From positions 1 through 53,126 of the forward strand of contig JAYGCM010000059.1 in NCBI GenBank assembly GCA_046583355.1: DNA of 53,126 nt. Reading direction: 5' to 3'. A program made the position numbers and the translations under genes. Below are positions 30,172 through 38,953 of this stretch, one piece after another. The notes beneath the pieces were generated by a model. It ran no database searches and was not told the origin of the DNA. It saw only the letters and a list, made by a program, of their open reading frames with translations. The stretch is from Deltaproteobacteria bacterium. GTDB lineage: Bacteria > Desulfobacterota > Binatia > UBA12015. The number at the start of each line of letters is the position of its first letter. The first letter of the stretch is position 1.

Positions 30172-32192
30172 AGAGGTTCAGGCGGGGTGTACCAGATGGG
30201 CGAGGTCCAGGCTCTCTCCTGGATGGTCTTGGCGATCGCCGGGTCGGTGCAGGCGGCGGGACGCTCGGCGGTGGGCAGCCTGAGGCATTGCCAGGTCGAC
30301 CAGCGACAGCTCGGGTTCTCGAGGATACGCGCGTAGTAGACGGCGCGCCGTGTCGGGTCGAAGTCGGGGTCGCGCCAGCTACCGCAGAGCTCGGCGTGGC
30401 CGGGCCCCGAGACCGCGCAGGTCGCGAGGTTGACGCGGGCACCGCCCGCCGCGCTGCCCGCGATATCGAAAATGCGTTGGTGGAACTCATCGTCGGTACC
30501 ATACCAGCCCTTGACAATCTGCAACCTCTGCAGAAGCCCGCCGGGGTCTTCGCTGGTTCCGGCATCGGCCAGGGCAGAGACGACGAAGGTAGGGGCTGCG
30601 CCGCCGGCGGGTGCCGGTGGCAGGGTGGCGCCCATGGCGACACCCTTGGCGTAACCCTGGGCGATCATATCGCTGGCTGCGCAGAGGTCGTCGGGCAGGG
30701 CCCAGCCAGCGAAGAGACGGGGCTTGATACGCGGGCCGCTGGTCGCGAAAGCCTCGCGCCTCTGCAGCGCATCAAAGATCGCGTCGCGTGAGTTCTCTTC
30801 CGCCCAGACTCCGGCGAGACCACCCGGGTTGCGCCGTACGCCCTTGGGAATGACGCCGGAGCTCGCGTCGGCGCCGGTACCACCGAGTCGCTTCTTTATG
30901 GTGGCGCCCATCGTGCCGGAGGTGCCCGGAAACGTACGTTCGGTCACGACACCGGGCGAGGCGTTGTGGGTATCCGTGCTGCCGATGAAGCCGACCTGAA
31001 AGGGGTTGATGCCGAGGCGCGCTTCTTCGCGCATGCCTTCGATCACCGCGTAGCGGACATAATCGAGACGCTGCACGCAGCCCTTGTTGGCCATGCCGCC
31101 GAGGGCGCGTTCGTCGCCGATGCAATTATCGGGAGCCTGCTCGCCTATGCCGCGCATCTTCTCGAATCCGCAGAACTCATCCGCCCCGAGGACTTTCCAC
31201 AGGCCCGCCTGGCATTCCGACTCCCCCTTGATCTGCATCATCTCGACCAGCGGCTCGATCCCGGCGCGCAGGGCGACCCGTTCGCGTTGCTCGTCGAGCG
31301 GCAACTCCTTGTAGTCGAGCGTGAAGACATTGCCGTTGGAGAGGTTGGGGTTATGCGGCACGGTGATCACGTCGCAGCCGGTGCCGGTGTCCAGGCAGGT
31401 GCGGTGTAGCTCTTCCCATAGCTGCACCTCGGTTTCGGCATCAATCCATGAAATAGGAAGTTCCGGCACGATTTCGTTGCGGAAGATGACGTTGCGATGG
31501 ATTTTCGTGCGCGACGGCGATCGGCTGTATTCCCACGCGACCAATGTCGTGAAGCGGCACGCTTCGCTGCGGTCGTAGAACTCCTCGGCCGCCGCGCGGG
31601 TCTCGTGCCAACGTGATTTCATCGCGATCCGGCAGCGCTCGTTGTTCTCGCCGCAGACCGCCGTGTTGCGACCGCTCAGGCTGACGATGCCCATCAGCTT
31701 GGTCGACCAGCCGCGCAGCCCGAGCGCCCAGGCGAGCCACGAGGTTTCTTCACCGCGAAAGATCCGGCAATCGTTGGTGGCATAGACCTCGGTGCCGGGT
31801 GTCGTGCAGAGCGCTACCTCGCCGAGCCATTCGGCGTGGTCGGTGACTGCGGCGAAATCCAGTGGCCGATCGATGCGGAAACTGCGGCCGAGGCCGTCTG
31901 TGCCCAGCGGTGCCACGCGGATCTCTTCACCGCGCGCATAGCGGTAGGCGTCGTCGGGCCCGTTGGTTACATCGCGGCCGCGCGCATCCATCGAGAAGCC
32001 GGTGTGGACATGCAGGTCGCCGAAGAGAGCTCGCTTCTGCGGGTCGCGGTCGGCGCAGGCTTCCCGGCCGCGGATTTCTGCGCTCACGGCGCTGGCACCG
32101 GGGGGATCCCACCTGACGTGGTCGGGGTTGAGGTTGGCAAGATCGCAAGCCGCCAAGGCAAGTGTAGCGACAAAGGAAATCAGCCAGCGCAT
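30168..32192 (-). CDS. DUF3604 domain lipoprotein
   Basis: Lipobox LAAC, FGDLHVHTGFSMDA, LDFAAVTDHAE, HRNVIFR, GSTDTHN, ATSGPRI, QERAWTSPIWY. GTGA overlap with ABC-F. Confidence 0.87.
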   Translation of the reverse strand: MRWLISFVATLALAACDLANLNPDHVRWDPPGASAVSAEIRGREACADRDPQKRALFGDLHVHTGFSMDARGRDVTNGPDDAYRYARGEEIRVAPLGTDGLGRSFRIDRPLDFAAVTDHAEWLGEVALCTTPGTEVYATNDCRIFRGEETSWLAWALGLRGWSTKLMGIVSLSGRNTAVCGENNERCRIAMKSRWHETRAAAEEFYDRSEACRFTTLVAWEYSRSPSRTKIHRNVIFRNEIVPELPISWIDAETEVQLWEELHRTCLDTGTGCDVITVPHNPNLSNGNVFTLDYKELPLDEQRERVALRAGIEPLVEMMQIKGESECQAGLWKVLGADEFCGFEKMRGIGEQAPDNCIGDERALGGMANKGCVQRLDYVRYAVIEGMREEARLGINPFQVGFIGSTDTHNASPGVVTERTFPGTSGTMGATIKKRLGGTGADASSGVIPKGVRRNPGGLAGVWAEENSRDAIFDALQRREAFATSGPRIKPRLFAGWALPDDLCAASDMIAQGYAKGVAMGATLPPAPAGGAAPTFVVSALADAGTSEDPGGLLQRLQIVKGWYGTDDEFHQRIFDIAGSAAGGARVNLATCAVSGPGHAELCGSWRDPDFDPTRRAVYYARILENPSCRWSTWQCLRLPTAERPAACTDPAIAKTIQERAWTSPIWYTPPEPL

Positions 32193-32367
32193 GCAGGAGG
32201 TTGGCATCCCGCCGGGTCGCTGCGCAACCGCGCCCGCGTATGAGGGCAGAGGTGCCGGTCAGCCGCCGGCCGGGCCGCTTGGCCCGGCCGACCGCCAGAG
32301 TCTCCCGCGTGGCTTGCGGGCGCCATCGCAATCAAGGAGGCATAGAACCCGCAACGGGAGAAAAAAT

Positions 32368-32889
32368 ATGTGGAACACGATTCGAATCCAGGCGCTCGTC
32401 ATTTTGCTCGCACTCATCGTCGGCTGTGGCGGATCGAGTGATCCCGCACCGACCGATTTCGTCGCTACGGTAGATGACTTCACCTGCCTCAAGGAACAGG
32501 CGCGCGTGCGGAATCTGCGGATCGTCAACACGCTCGGCTATCTCGACGAAGCAATCGCACTTGCGGAGAATCCGGTGGCAGGCAAGGAGTACCCGCTCGG
32601 CACCATCCTCCAACTCGTCCCTGGCGAGGCGATGGTGAAGCGTGGCAAGGACTTCGACCCCGCGAACAACAACTGGGAGTATTTTGAACTCGCCGTGAGC
32701 TCCACGGGTACCGAGATCGGCGTCCGCGGTCGCGAAGAGGTTATCAACCAATTCGGCGGCCAATGCTTCGGCTGTCATGCCGACGCCCGGGACTTCGATT
32801 TCATCTGCGAAAAAGACCGCGGCTGCGTCGATATCCCGCTCCCCCAAGAGCTCATCGACATCCTCCAGGACGCCGACCCCCGCTGCTGA
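32368..32889 (+). CDS. Lipoprotein, cytochrome P460/c'-beta-like monohaem cytochrome
   Basis: Lipobox IVGC; YPLGTIL, AMVKR, NNWEYF, CFGCH...DFDFI. GGGAG SD before ATG 32368. Confidence 0.65.
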   Translation: MWNTIRIQALVILLALIVGCGGSSDPAPTDFVATVDDFTCLKEQARVRNLRIVNTLGYLDEAIALAENPVAGKEYPLGTILQLVPGEAMVKRGKDFDPANNNWEYFELAVSSTGTEIGVRGREEVINQFGGQCFGCHADARDFDFICEKDRGCVDIPLPQELIDILQDADPRC

Positions 32890-33048
32890 AATGGTTTTCG
32901 CATGTACATCCAACCCCAGATTTTTGTACTCTTCTTCACGACCGGCTCCTTGCCTGTTGTATGCGGCACTGCGCCGCAGCCTTACTCCAAGGAGGCCGCG
33001 CAACCCGCGACTACTGCAACCTTGGGGACGGTCGTCCCGTACTGACTA
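32886..33048 (-). mobile_element. IS110-family remnant: upstream non-coding end plus about 17 frameshifted N-terminal codons
   Basis: AAGGAG-6 nt-GTG at 32939 reads MKKSTK; after a 1-nt shift it reads LGLDVHAKTIS, the RuvC-like DEDD N-terminal motif GLDVH of IS110 recombinases. The rest of the gene is absent. Confidence 0.65.
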
Positions 33049-35004
33049 TTCGGCTGCGCGCAGGGCTTCGAGCGTGCTCGGGTCGTCCAGCGCCGAGGTG
33101 TCGCCAGGAGCGGCTTCGCCACCGCTTTGCTCGATATGAATCGCGCGGATCAGGCGGCGCATCACCTTGGCGCTGCGCGTCTTGGGCAGGGCCGTCGCAA
33201 ATAGAATTTCGCTCGGGGCCATCGCCTTGCCGAGACCCGTGGCGACGCAGGCGTGGAGTTCCTTGCGTAATTCCTCACTCCTCGTCTGGCCGCTCTGCAG
33301 CACGATATAGCAGACCAAGGCCCCGCCCTTGATTGGATGCGGGACTTCGATGGCGGCCGATTCCAGCACCGCCGGGTGCGCCGCCAGTAGCGACTCGACC
33401 TCGGCCGGCCCGAGTCGCTTGCCGGCGATCTTGATGGTGTCGTCGGAGCGGCCTTCGATAGTCCAGCCGGCTGCCGTGCGCCGCGCCCAATCGCCGTGCA
33501 CCCAGACATCTTTCCAGCGCGACCAATAGGTCTCCTCGTAGCGCTCGTCGTCCTGCCAGAAACCGACCGTCATGCCGGGCCATGGGCGGCGGATCACCAA
33601 CTCGCCGACCTCGTCGCGCAGCGGTTGGCCGCTGGCATCGAAGACATCGGCATCGATTCCGGGAATCGCCGCCGAGAAGCCGCAGCTGTAGATTGGATGA
33701 ACCGGTGTCGAGAAGAGAATCCCGCCGCCGATCTCGGTACCGCCCGAATAGTTGATGATCGGGCAGCGGCCCCCACCGACCACCTCCGCGAGCCATTGAT
33801 AGGGCGCCGGGTTCCAGGCCTCGCCCGTCGAGCCGAGCACGCGCAGGTCGGCCATCTTGTGTTTGGTTGCCCAGGCGTCGCCCTTCTCGCGCAGCGCGCG
33901 AGCGACAGTGGGCGCCAGGCCGAGATGGGTCACACGGCGTCGCGTCGCGACCTCCCAGAGGTGGTCGGGCTCGGGGTAATCAGGCGTCCCCTCGACCATC
34001 ACCATGGAGGCTCCGAGCACCAGGCTGCCGAGGATCATCCACGGGCCCATTACCCAGCCGAGGTCCGTGACCCAGAGCAGCCGGTCGCCGGCTTCCAGGT
34101 CGAAGCCGAAGCCGAGATCGGTCGCGATCTTGAGCGGGAAGCCGCCGTGGGTGGCGACCACGCCCTTGGGCCGGCCCGTCGTTCCCGAGGTGTACATCAA
34201 CAAAGCGGTCTCTTCGGCGTCCGTATCGGCGATCGGTGGCAGTGCCAGTTCGGCCTCGCTGGTGGGCCAGAAATGGTCGCGGCCCTCGCGCATCGGCAGG
34301 TCGAGGCCGAGCCGGGGTACGACGATCACCGTCGTCACCGAGTTGCCGGCAAGCTCGATGGCCTTGTCGGCGGTTTCCTTCATCCGCACGGGACGGCCGC
34401 GGCGCAAGAAGCCATCGGCCGTGATCAGCGCGCATGCGCCGGCATCCTCCAGGCGGGCCGCGACGGCATCGGCTCCGTAGCCCGAGAAGCAGGGCACGGC
34501 GATGGCACCCAGGCGCAGGATGGCGAGCAGGGCGGCCGCTGTCTCGGGCAGCATCGGCAGAAAGATGGCCACGCGGTCGCCACGGCCGATGCCACGCGCG
34601 GCCAGCAGCGTGGCGGCGCGGCCGACCTCATCGGCGAGCTCTTGAAGCGTCCATTCCCGTGTCTGACCGTCGTCGCCTTCCCAGGCAAGGGCGAGGCAGG
34701 CGGCGCGCGTGGGTAGCCAATCGTCCAGACAGAGCGCCGCCGTGTTGATGCCGCCACCGGGGAAGAAGCGTGCCCAGGCGGGGCCGCGGCTCTCGTCGAG
34801 CACGCGCTCGAAGGGGCGATGGAAGCGCAGGCCGAGTTCGCGCAGGGCCGCGGGCCAGAAGCTCTCGGGGTCGTCGATCGACCAGCGGTGCAGCATATCG
34901 TAGCCTGCCGGCGTCGCAGGGAGGCCGCGGGCGCGCAGGAAGCGGCCGATGCGGCTCGAGCGAGCCGACTCCGGATCGGGGCGGAACCAAGGTGCTTCGT
35001 TCAT
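33046..35004 (-). CDS. AMP-dependent acyl-CoA synthetase (acetate--CoA ligase-like)
   Basis: MYTSGTTGRPKG, WVTDLGWVMG, GSTGEAWN, NYSGGTE, WVHGDW, GRSDDTIKIAGKR, LPKTRSAKVMRR. Confidence 0.92.
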   Translation of the reverse strand: MNEAPWFRPDPESARSSRIGRFLRARGLPATPAGYDMLHRWSIDDPESFWPAALRELGLRFHRPFERVLDESRGPAWARFFPGGGINTAALCLDDWLPTRAACLALAWEGDDGQTREWTLQELADEVGRAATLLAARGIGRGDRVAIFLPMLPETAAALLAILRLGAIAVPCFSGYGADAVAARLEDAGACALITADGFLRRGRPVRMKETADKAIELAGNSVTTVIVVPRLGLDLPMREGRDHFWPTSEAELALPPIADTDAEETALLMYTSGTTGRPKGVVATHGGFPLKIATDLGFGFDLEAGDRLLWVTDLGWVMGPWMILGSLVLGASMVMVEGTPDYPEPDHLWEVATRRRVTHLGLAPTVARALREKGDAWATKHKMADLRVLGSTGEAWNPAPYQWLAEVVGGGRCPIINYSGGTEIGGGILFSTPVHPIYSCGFSAAIPGIDADVFDASGQPLRDEVGELVIRRPWPGMTVGFWQDDERYEETYWSRWKDVWVHGDWARRTAAGWTIEGRSDDTIKIAGKRLGPAEVESLLAAHPAVLESAAIEVPHPIKGGALVCYIVLQSGQTRSEELRKELHACVATGLGKAMAPSEILFATALPKTRSAKVMRRLIRAIHIEQSGGEAAPGDTSALDDPSTLEALRAAE

Positions 35005-35135
35005 ATCCGTCTGCGTATCGCTCGCGTGGCCGCAGGGAAAGCCTGCATAAGATGCGCATCGCCGATCGGTGTGAGAGTTGGCAGGGCCGCCACCGGTTGC
35101 TCGATGCGACGGCGCGCCTTCAGGGGCGTTCTCCT

Positions 35136-36146
35136 CTAGCTGGAGGGGTCGATCAGCAATTTGATTTGGTCGCTCTGGGTCTCGAAGCTGGCGAAGACCT
35201 CGCTGACCTCCTCCAGACGGTGCACGCTGGTGACGAGGTTCGAGACATCGATCGAGCCGGCGACGACCATCTTGAGCGCGTCGTCGAAATGTTCGGGCGT
35301 GTAGGCGATTGAGGGGAGCAAAGAGATGCCGCGGTCGAGCCAATGCCCGGGCTGGATCTCCGCCGGGGCGTGGTAGCTCGCCACCATGACGACGCGCCCG
35401 CCGATCCGTGCGATGCTGCCGGCGCGGCCGATGGCATCGCGGCGGCCGCTGGCCTCGATCACGACCTCGGGGCCGCCCAGCGTCAGGTCGCGAATCCGTT
35501 CGTCGGCCTTGTCGTCTGCGATGAAGGCACCGAGACCCAACTCGTGCGCGCAGCGAACGCGGCTTTCACGCTGGTCTATGCCGAAGACCAGGGCGCCGCG
35601 CTCGCGCGCGATCAGGCCTGCGAAGATCCCCAGCGGCCCCAGCCCGAGGATGCCGACACGGGTGCCGGCGTTGATGGCGCCGAGTTCGATGGCGGCTTGC
35701 GCCACGGCCAGCGGCTCGACCAATGCGTAGCGCGCCGGGTCGTCTTCGTTCGGAATGCGTCGCAGCTGGGCGGCGGGTACGCGCACCTTCTCGGCCAGAG
35801 CTCCGGCCGCACCGCCGCAGCCGAGCATGCCACGCAGCCCCTCGCGGCAGAGGTTCGGGCGCCCGGCGACACAGAGTTCGCAATGACCGCAACACGGAAT
35901 CGGCATCACGGCGGCCTGATCGCCCTCTTCCCACTCGCGCACAGCACGGCCGACTGCCGTGACGGTACCGGCGAACTCGTGGCCGAGGATGGCTCCGGGC
36001 GGCATTTGGCTGCCGCGCCAAAGCGAATGGTCCGTCCCGCAGAGCCCGCAGGCCGCCACGGTGAGAACGACATCATTCTCGCCCGGCGTCGGGTCGTCTA
36101 CGGTCTCGACGCGGAATTCACCATCTAGAAGGAGTGCTGCACGCAT
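35136..36146 (-). CDS. Zinc-dependent medium-chain alcohol dehydrogenase
   Basis: CGLCGTD, LGHEFAG, structural Zn CGHCELC...C, ALVEPLAVA, GLGPLG. Confidence 0.92.
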   Translation of the reverse strand: MRAALLLDGEFRVETVDDPTPGENDVVLTVAACGLCGTDHSLWRGSQMPPGAILGHEFAGTVTAVGRAVREWEEGDQAAVMPIPCCGHCELCVAGRPNLCREGLRGMLGCGGAAGALAEKVRVPAAQLRRIPNEDDPARYALVEPLAVAQAAIELGAINAGTRVGILGLGPLGIFAGLIARERGALVFGIDQRESRVRCAHELGLGAFIADDKADERIRDLTLGGPEVVIEASGRRDAIGRAGSIARIGGRVVMVASYHAPAEIQPGHWLDRGISLLPSIAYTPEHFDDALKMVVAGSIDVSNLVTSVHRLEEVSEVFASFETQSDQIKLLIDPSS

Positions 36147-36319
36147 GATCTGCCCTGCACAACTGTAGGAAACCCGCCGCGGCTGCAAGCCGGCTGGACC
36201 TCAAGCGTGATTCTTGGCGACGGGCAGGGGTTCGACGACGAACCTGCGCTCTCAACGAGGCTGCTCGTCGATCCCTCTGCGCACGCGAAGTTTGCAGAGG
36301 GCTTATTAAGGAAGGTCGG

Positions 36320-36439
36320 CTACTTTTTGCTGCGCTTGCCGCGCTTGGCGGCCGCGATGGCTTCTTTTTTGTTCGCCCGGGCGACTTCCTTGCGGCGTTT
36401 GCGACGGCGTTTGATCTCTTTGGTTCGCTCACTAGGCAT
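36320..36439 (-). CDS. 39-aa very basic small protein MPSERTKEIKRRRKRRKEVARANKKEAIAAAKRGKRSKK
   Basis: AAAGGAAGG SD before ATG 36439; a downstream hairpin lies at 36273-36301. Confidence 0.65.
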   Translation of the reverse strand: MPSERTKEIKRRRKRRKEVARANKKEAIAAAKRGKRSKK

Positions 36440-36530
36440 GGGCCTTCCTTTACGGAAGCTCTGCAGGCGCCGCAATGGAGCAGGGCAGACTTTCCGAGCC
36501 TCCAAGGGCTCGGCCTTCGTCCGAGGAGGG

Positions 36531-36550
36531 TGCGTCGAAAAAGTGACACA
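36531..36550 (+). promoter_or_regulatory. Candidate bEBP enhancer site (FleQ-box-like)
   Basis: TGCGTCGAAAAAGTGACACA imperfect palindrome with core GTC-N8-GAC, about 120 bp upstream of the sigma54 promoter. Confidence 0.45.
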
Positions 36551-36662
36551 TTCGAACGGAGCGGTACAATCCTGATGGTTCGAAGCCGCACCGCCTACTC
36601 CGTATATTTGGCTCGGCGGTGATTTCGCTAGTGTTCCCAGAGGCGGACCGCATAAATCGGTA

Positions 36663-36679
36663 TTGGCACGGTTCTCGCA
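36663..36679 (+). promoter_or_regulatory. Sigma54 (-24/-12) promoter of fliA
   Basis: TTGGCACGGTTCTCGCA: GG 36665-66, GC 36677-78, 10-nt spacing; about 50 bp before the fliA ATG. Confidence 0.75.
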
Positions 36680-36727
36680 CTAAGCCTCCACAGACGGGTT
36701 GGAACAGAATCCCTTGGGGGGAATCGA

Positions 36728-37621
36728 ATGGGCGCACAAGCAGCAGTTTTGAAACGTGAAATAGGGTTGGCGAAGTCGGAGACGGTCGCCTGTCTTCCGG
36801 AGGCCGAGGTGGCCCTTTTCGCGCCGACACCGGTTGCGGCAGGGGAGGCCCTACGGCCGCTCTACCGCAGCGAGGGCGTTGCGCCTGGGGAAACTCCTTA
36901 TGATGAGGAGACGGTTCGCACCCATCTTCCGCTGGTTCGCCAGGTGGTACAAAGGATTTTGCCACGCAAGCCGCCCGAGGTTCCGATCGACGATCTGATC
37001 TCCTGGGGGACGCTGGGGCTTCTCGACGCGATGCGTAAATTCGATTCGGATCGCGAAGCGTCGTTTTCGACCTACGCGCAATACCGCATCAAGGGGTCGA
37101 TTCTCGACTATCTGCGCCGTTGCGATTGGTTGCCGCGCAGCATGCGGCAACGCGCCCACGATATCGACCATGCTGTCAGCAAGCTCGAACGCGAGCACGG
37201 CCAGCCGCCGAGTTCCGAGGAAATCGCCAAGGAAATGGGAGTTTCCCTGGTAGAATACGGGCAAATCACGGCTTCTTTGAGCGCTCAGACGCCGATCGCG
37301 ACCGCGGATCTTGCCTTTGGTCGCGGCGAGGAAATGCTCACCAGTGACGAAGTTCTGTCGGATGAGTCTGAGTGCGGTCCGATGAAAAAGGTCCTGCGGA
37401 AGCAGCGCGTTGAGATTCTTGCCTCCGCGATCTCGGATCTGCCCGAAAAAGAACGCATTGTCGTCTCTTTCTACTATTTCGAGGGTCTCACGATGCGTGA
37501 GATGGCCGAGGCATTGAGTCTCACGGAAGGCCGGATTTCACAATTGCACAGCCAGGCAATGCTGCGTTTGCGGGGACTTCTCTCGGATAGCCGCGAAGAA
37601 ATCTGCTTTGGAGTCGGCTGA
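36728..37621 (+). CDS. fliA: RNA polymerase sigma factor, FliA/WhiG (sigma28) family
   Basis: DDLISWGTLGLLDA, FSTYAQYRIKGSILDYLR..DWLPRSMR, LPEKERIVVSFYYFEGLTMRE, TEGRISQLHSQA. Confidence 0.93.
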   Translation: MGAQAAVLKREIGLAKSETVACLPEAEVALFAPTPVAAGEALRPLYRSEGVAPGETPYDEETVRTHLPLVRQVVQRILPRKPPEVPIDDLISWGTLGLLDAMRKFDSDREASFSTYAQYRIKGSILDYLRRCDWLPRSMRQRAHDIDHAVSKLEREHGQPPSSEEIAKEMGVSLVEYGQITASLSAQTPIATADLAFGRGEEMLTSDEVLSDESECGPMKKVLRKQRVEILASAISDLPEKERIVVSFYYFEGLTMREMAEALSLTEGRISQLHSQAMLRLRGLLSDSREEICFGVG

Positions 37622-37725
37622 GAGGGCGAGTCTAACTCTCAGAATATACAGGGTTTTTCGGGAATCCTTACGGCATGCGCTGGTAGGCGACATACGCGCG
37701 CGGCACTTTTTTTACCTTGGCGGGC

Positions 37726-37753
37726 TAAAGTGTCGCTGTCTTGACGTCGAAGA
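37726..37753 (+). promoter_or_regulatory. Probable sigma28 promoter of flgM
   Basis: TAAA(G)-16 nt-GTCGAAGA versus consensus TAAA-N15/16-GCCGATAA; ends 5-8 nt before GTG/ATG, with no SD. Confidence 0.5.
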
Positions 37754-37761
37754 CCTCCGTG

Positions 37762-38025
37762 ATGGACCGAATTGAACAACTCCTGAGCGCAAATTTGTAC
37801 GGCAGCCTGCTGGCGGATCTTCGGCACGGTGGCGACCATGATCCCGGCACTCTCCATCGCGAGACACCGGCGTTACCGCCGACCGTCGAGGCTCCGATCC
37901 GGCATGAGCTGGTTGCGCGTCTGCGCCAGCAGATCCAAGCCGGGACCTACGCTCCCGACCCGATGCAGATCGCCCAGGCGATGCTCGTGGGAAGCCGCCG
38001 CTTCGACACCGGCAGCGGGCACTGA
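37762..38025 (+). CDS. flgM: Anti-sigma28 factor FlgM family
   Basis: IRHELVARLRQQIQAGTYAPDPMQIAQAML matches the FlgM C-terminal helices; directly downstream of fliA. Confidence 0.8.
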   Translation: MDRIEQLLSANLYGSLLADLRHGGDHDPGTLHRETPALPPTVEAPIRHELVARLRQQIQAGTYAPDPMQIAQAMLVGSRRFDTGSGH

Positions 38026-38131
38026 GCCGGCGCCGCGTCTCCCGCACTGCTGTGCATGCGACTGCCGATACGGGCTTGGGTACCAGGAGGCGCATCTTGC
38101 GCGCCTCTTGGAGGGTCGCTAGCCCGAGGGC

Positions 38132-38953
38132 ATGGCAACCTCGCGCTTCCCGGCTGCGTGCATTCAGATGCGTGTGGTGGCCGACAAGGCCCGGAATCTC
38201 GAGCTTGCCGAGAAGCTTATCCAAGAGGCGGCCGCCGATGGGGCACGCCTGGTCGCGCTGCCAGAGATGTTTTTCTGGCGTGGCCCGCTGGCCGAGCATC
38301 GCGCCGCTGCTGAGAGTATTGATGGGCCGAGCATCGAGCGTCTCGCTCGGCTGAGTGCGCGCTTGGGCATCACGTTGGTGGTTGGCTCGATTCTCGAGGA
38401 CCCAGGCGACCCCGCCGCGTTGCCCTTCAATACGATGGTGGTGCTGGGCCCGGCTGGCGAGCGCCTTGGCGTCTATCGCAAAATCCATCTCTTCGATATC
38501 GAGATTCCCGGACAGGTCCGCGAGCGCGAATCCGAGCGGATGCAGCCCGGTAGCGTGCCGGTTTGTATTGATACGCCGGTTGGCCGGCTGGGCCTCTCGG
38601 TCTGCTATGATCTGCGTTTCCCCGAGCTCTACCGCGCTTTGGTGCGCGAGGGGGCCGAGATTCTTCTCGTGCCGGCCGCCTTTACGGCGACGACCGGCGC
38701 GGCGCATTGGGAGGTGCTCCTGCGTGCGCGCGCCATCGAGAACCAATGCTGGTTGCTGGCCCCGGCGCAGACCGGACCGGTCGACTCGGGCCCGCCCGTC
38801 TGGGGCCATTCGTGCATCGTCGACCCCTGGGGCGAGGTGGTTGCCGTGCAGGCCGAAGGCGAAGGTATCGTGCAGGCGCCCATCGACCTCGAGCAGTTGG
38901 CCCGCGTGCGGCGCAATCTTCCCTGCCTGGAACATGCGCGAGTATCGGCATGA
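38132..38953 (+). CDS. Carbon-nitrogen hydrolase (Nit1/deaminated glutathione amidase-like)
   Basis: Catalytic E-K-C: LPEMF, YRKIHLFD, VCYDLRFPE; TGAAHWEVLLRARAIENQC. Confidence 0.92.
   Translation: MATSRFPAACIQMRVVADKARNLELAEKLIQEAAADGARLVALPEMFFWRGPLAEHRAAAESIDGPSIERLARLSARLGITLVVGSILEDPGDPAALPFNTMVVLGPAGERLGVYRKIHLFDIEIPGQVRERESERMQPGSVPVCIDTPVGRLGLSVCYDLRFPELYRALVREGAEILLVPAAFTATTGAAHWEVLLRARAIENQCWLLAPAQTGPVDSGPPVWGHSCIVDPWGEVVAVQAEGEGIVQAPIDLEQLARVRRNLPCLEHARVSA

Noticed and set aside
36205..36250. tRNA/tmRNA-like words (GGTTCG, ...CGCCA on the minus strand, GATTC...CGACGGG)
   Set aside because: No cloverleaf, wrong T-loop and acceptor-stem lengths, and no room for a tmRNA body.
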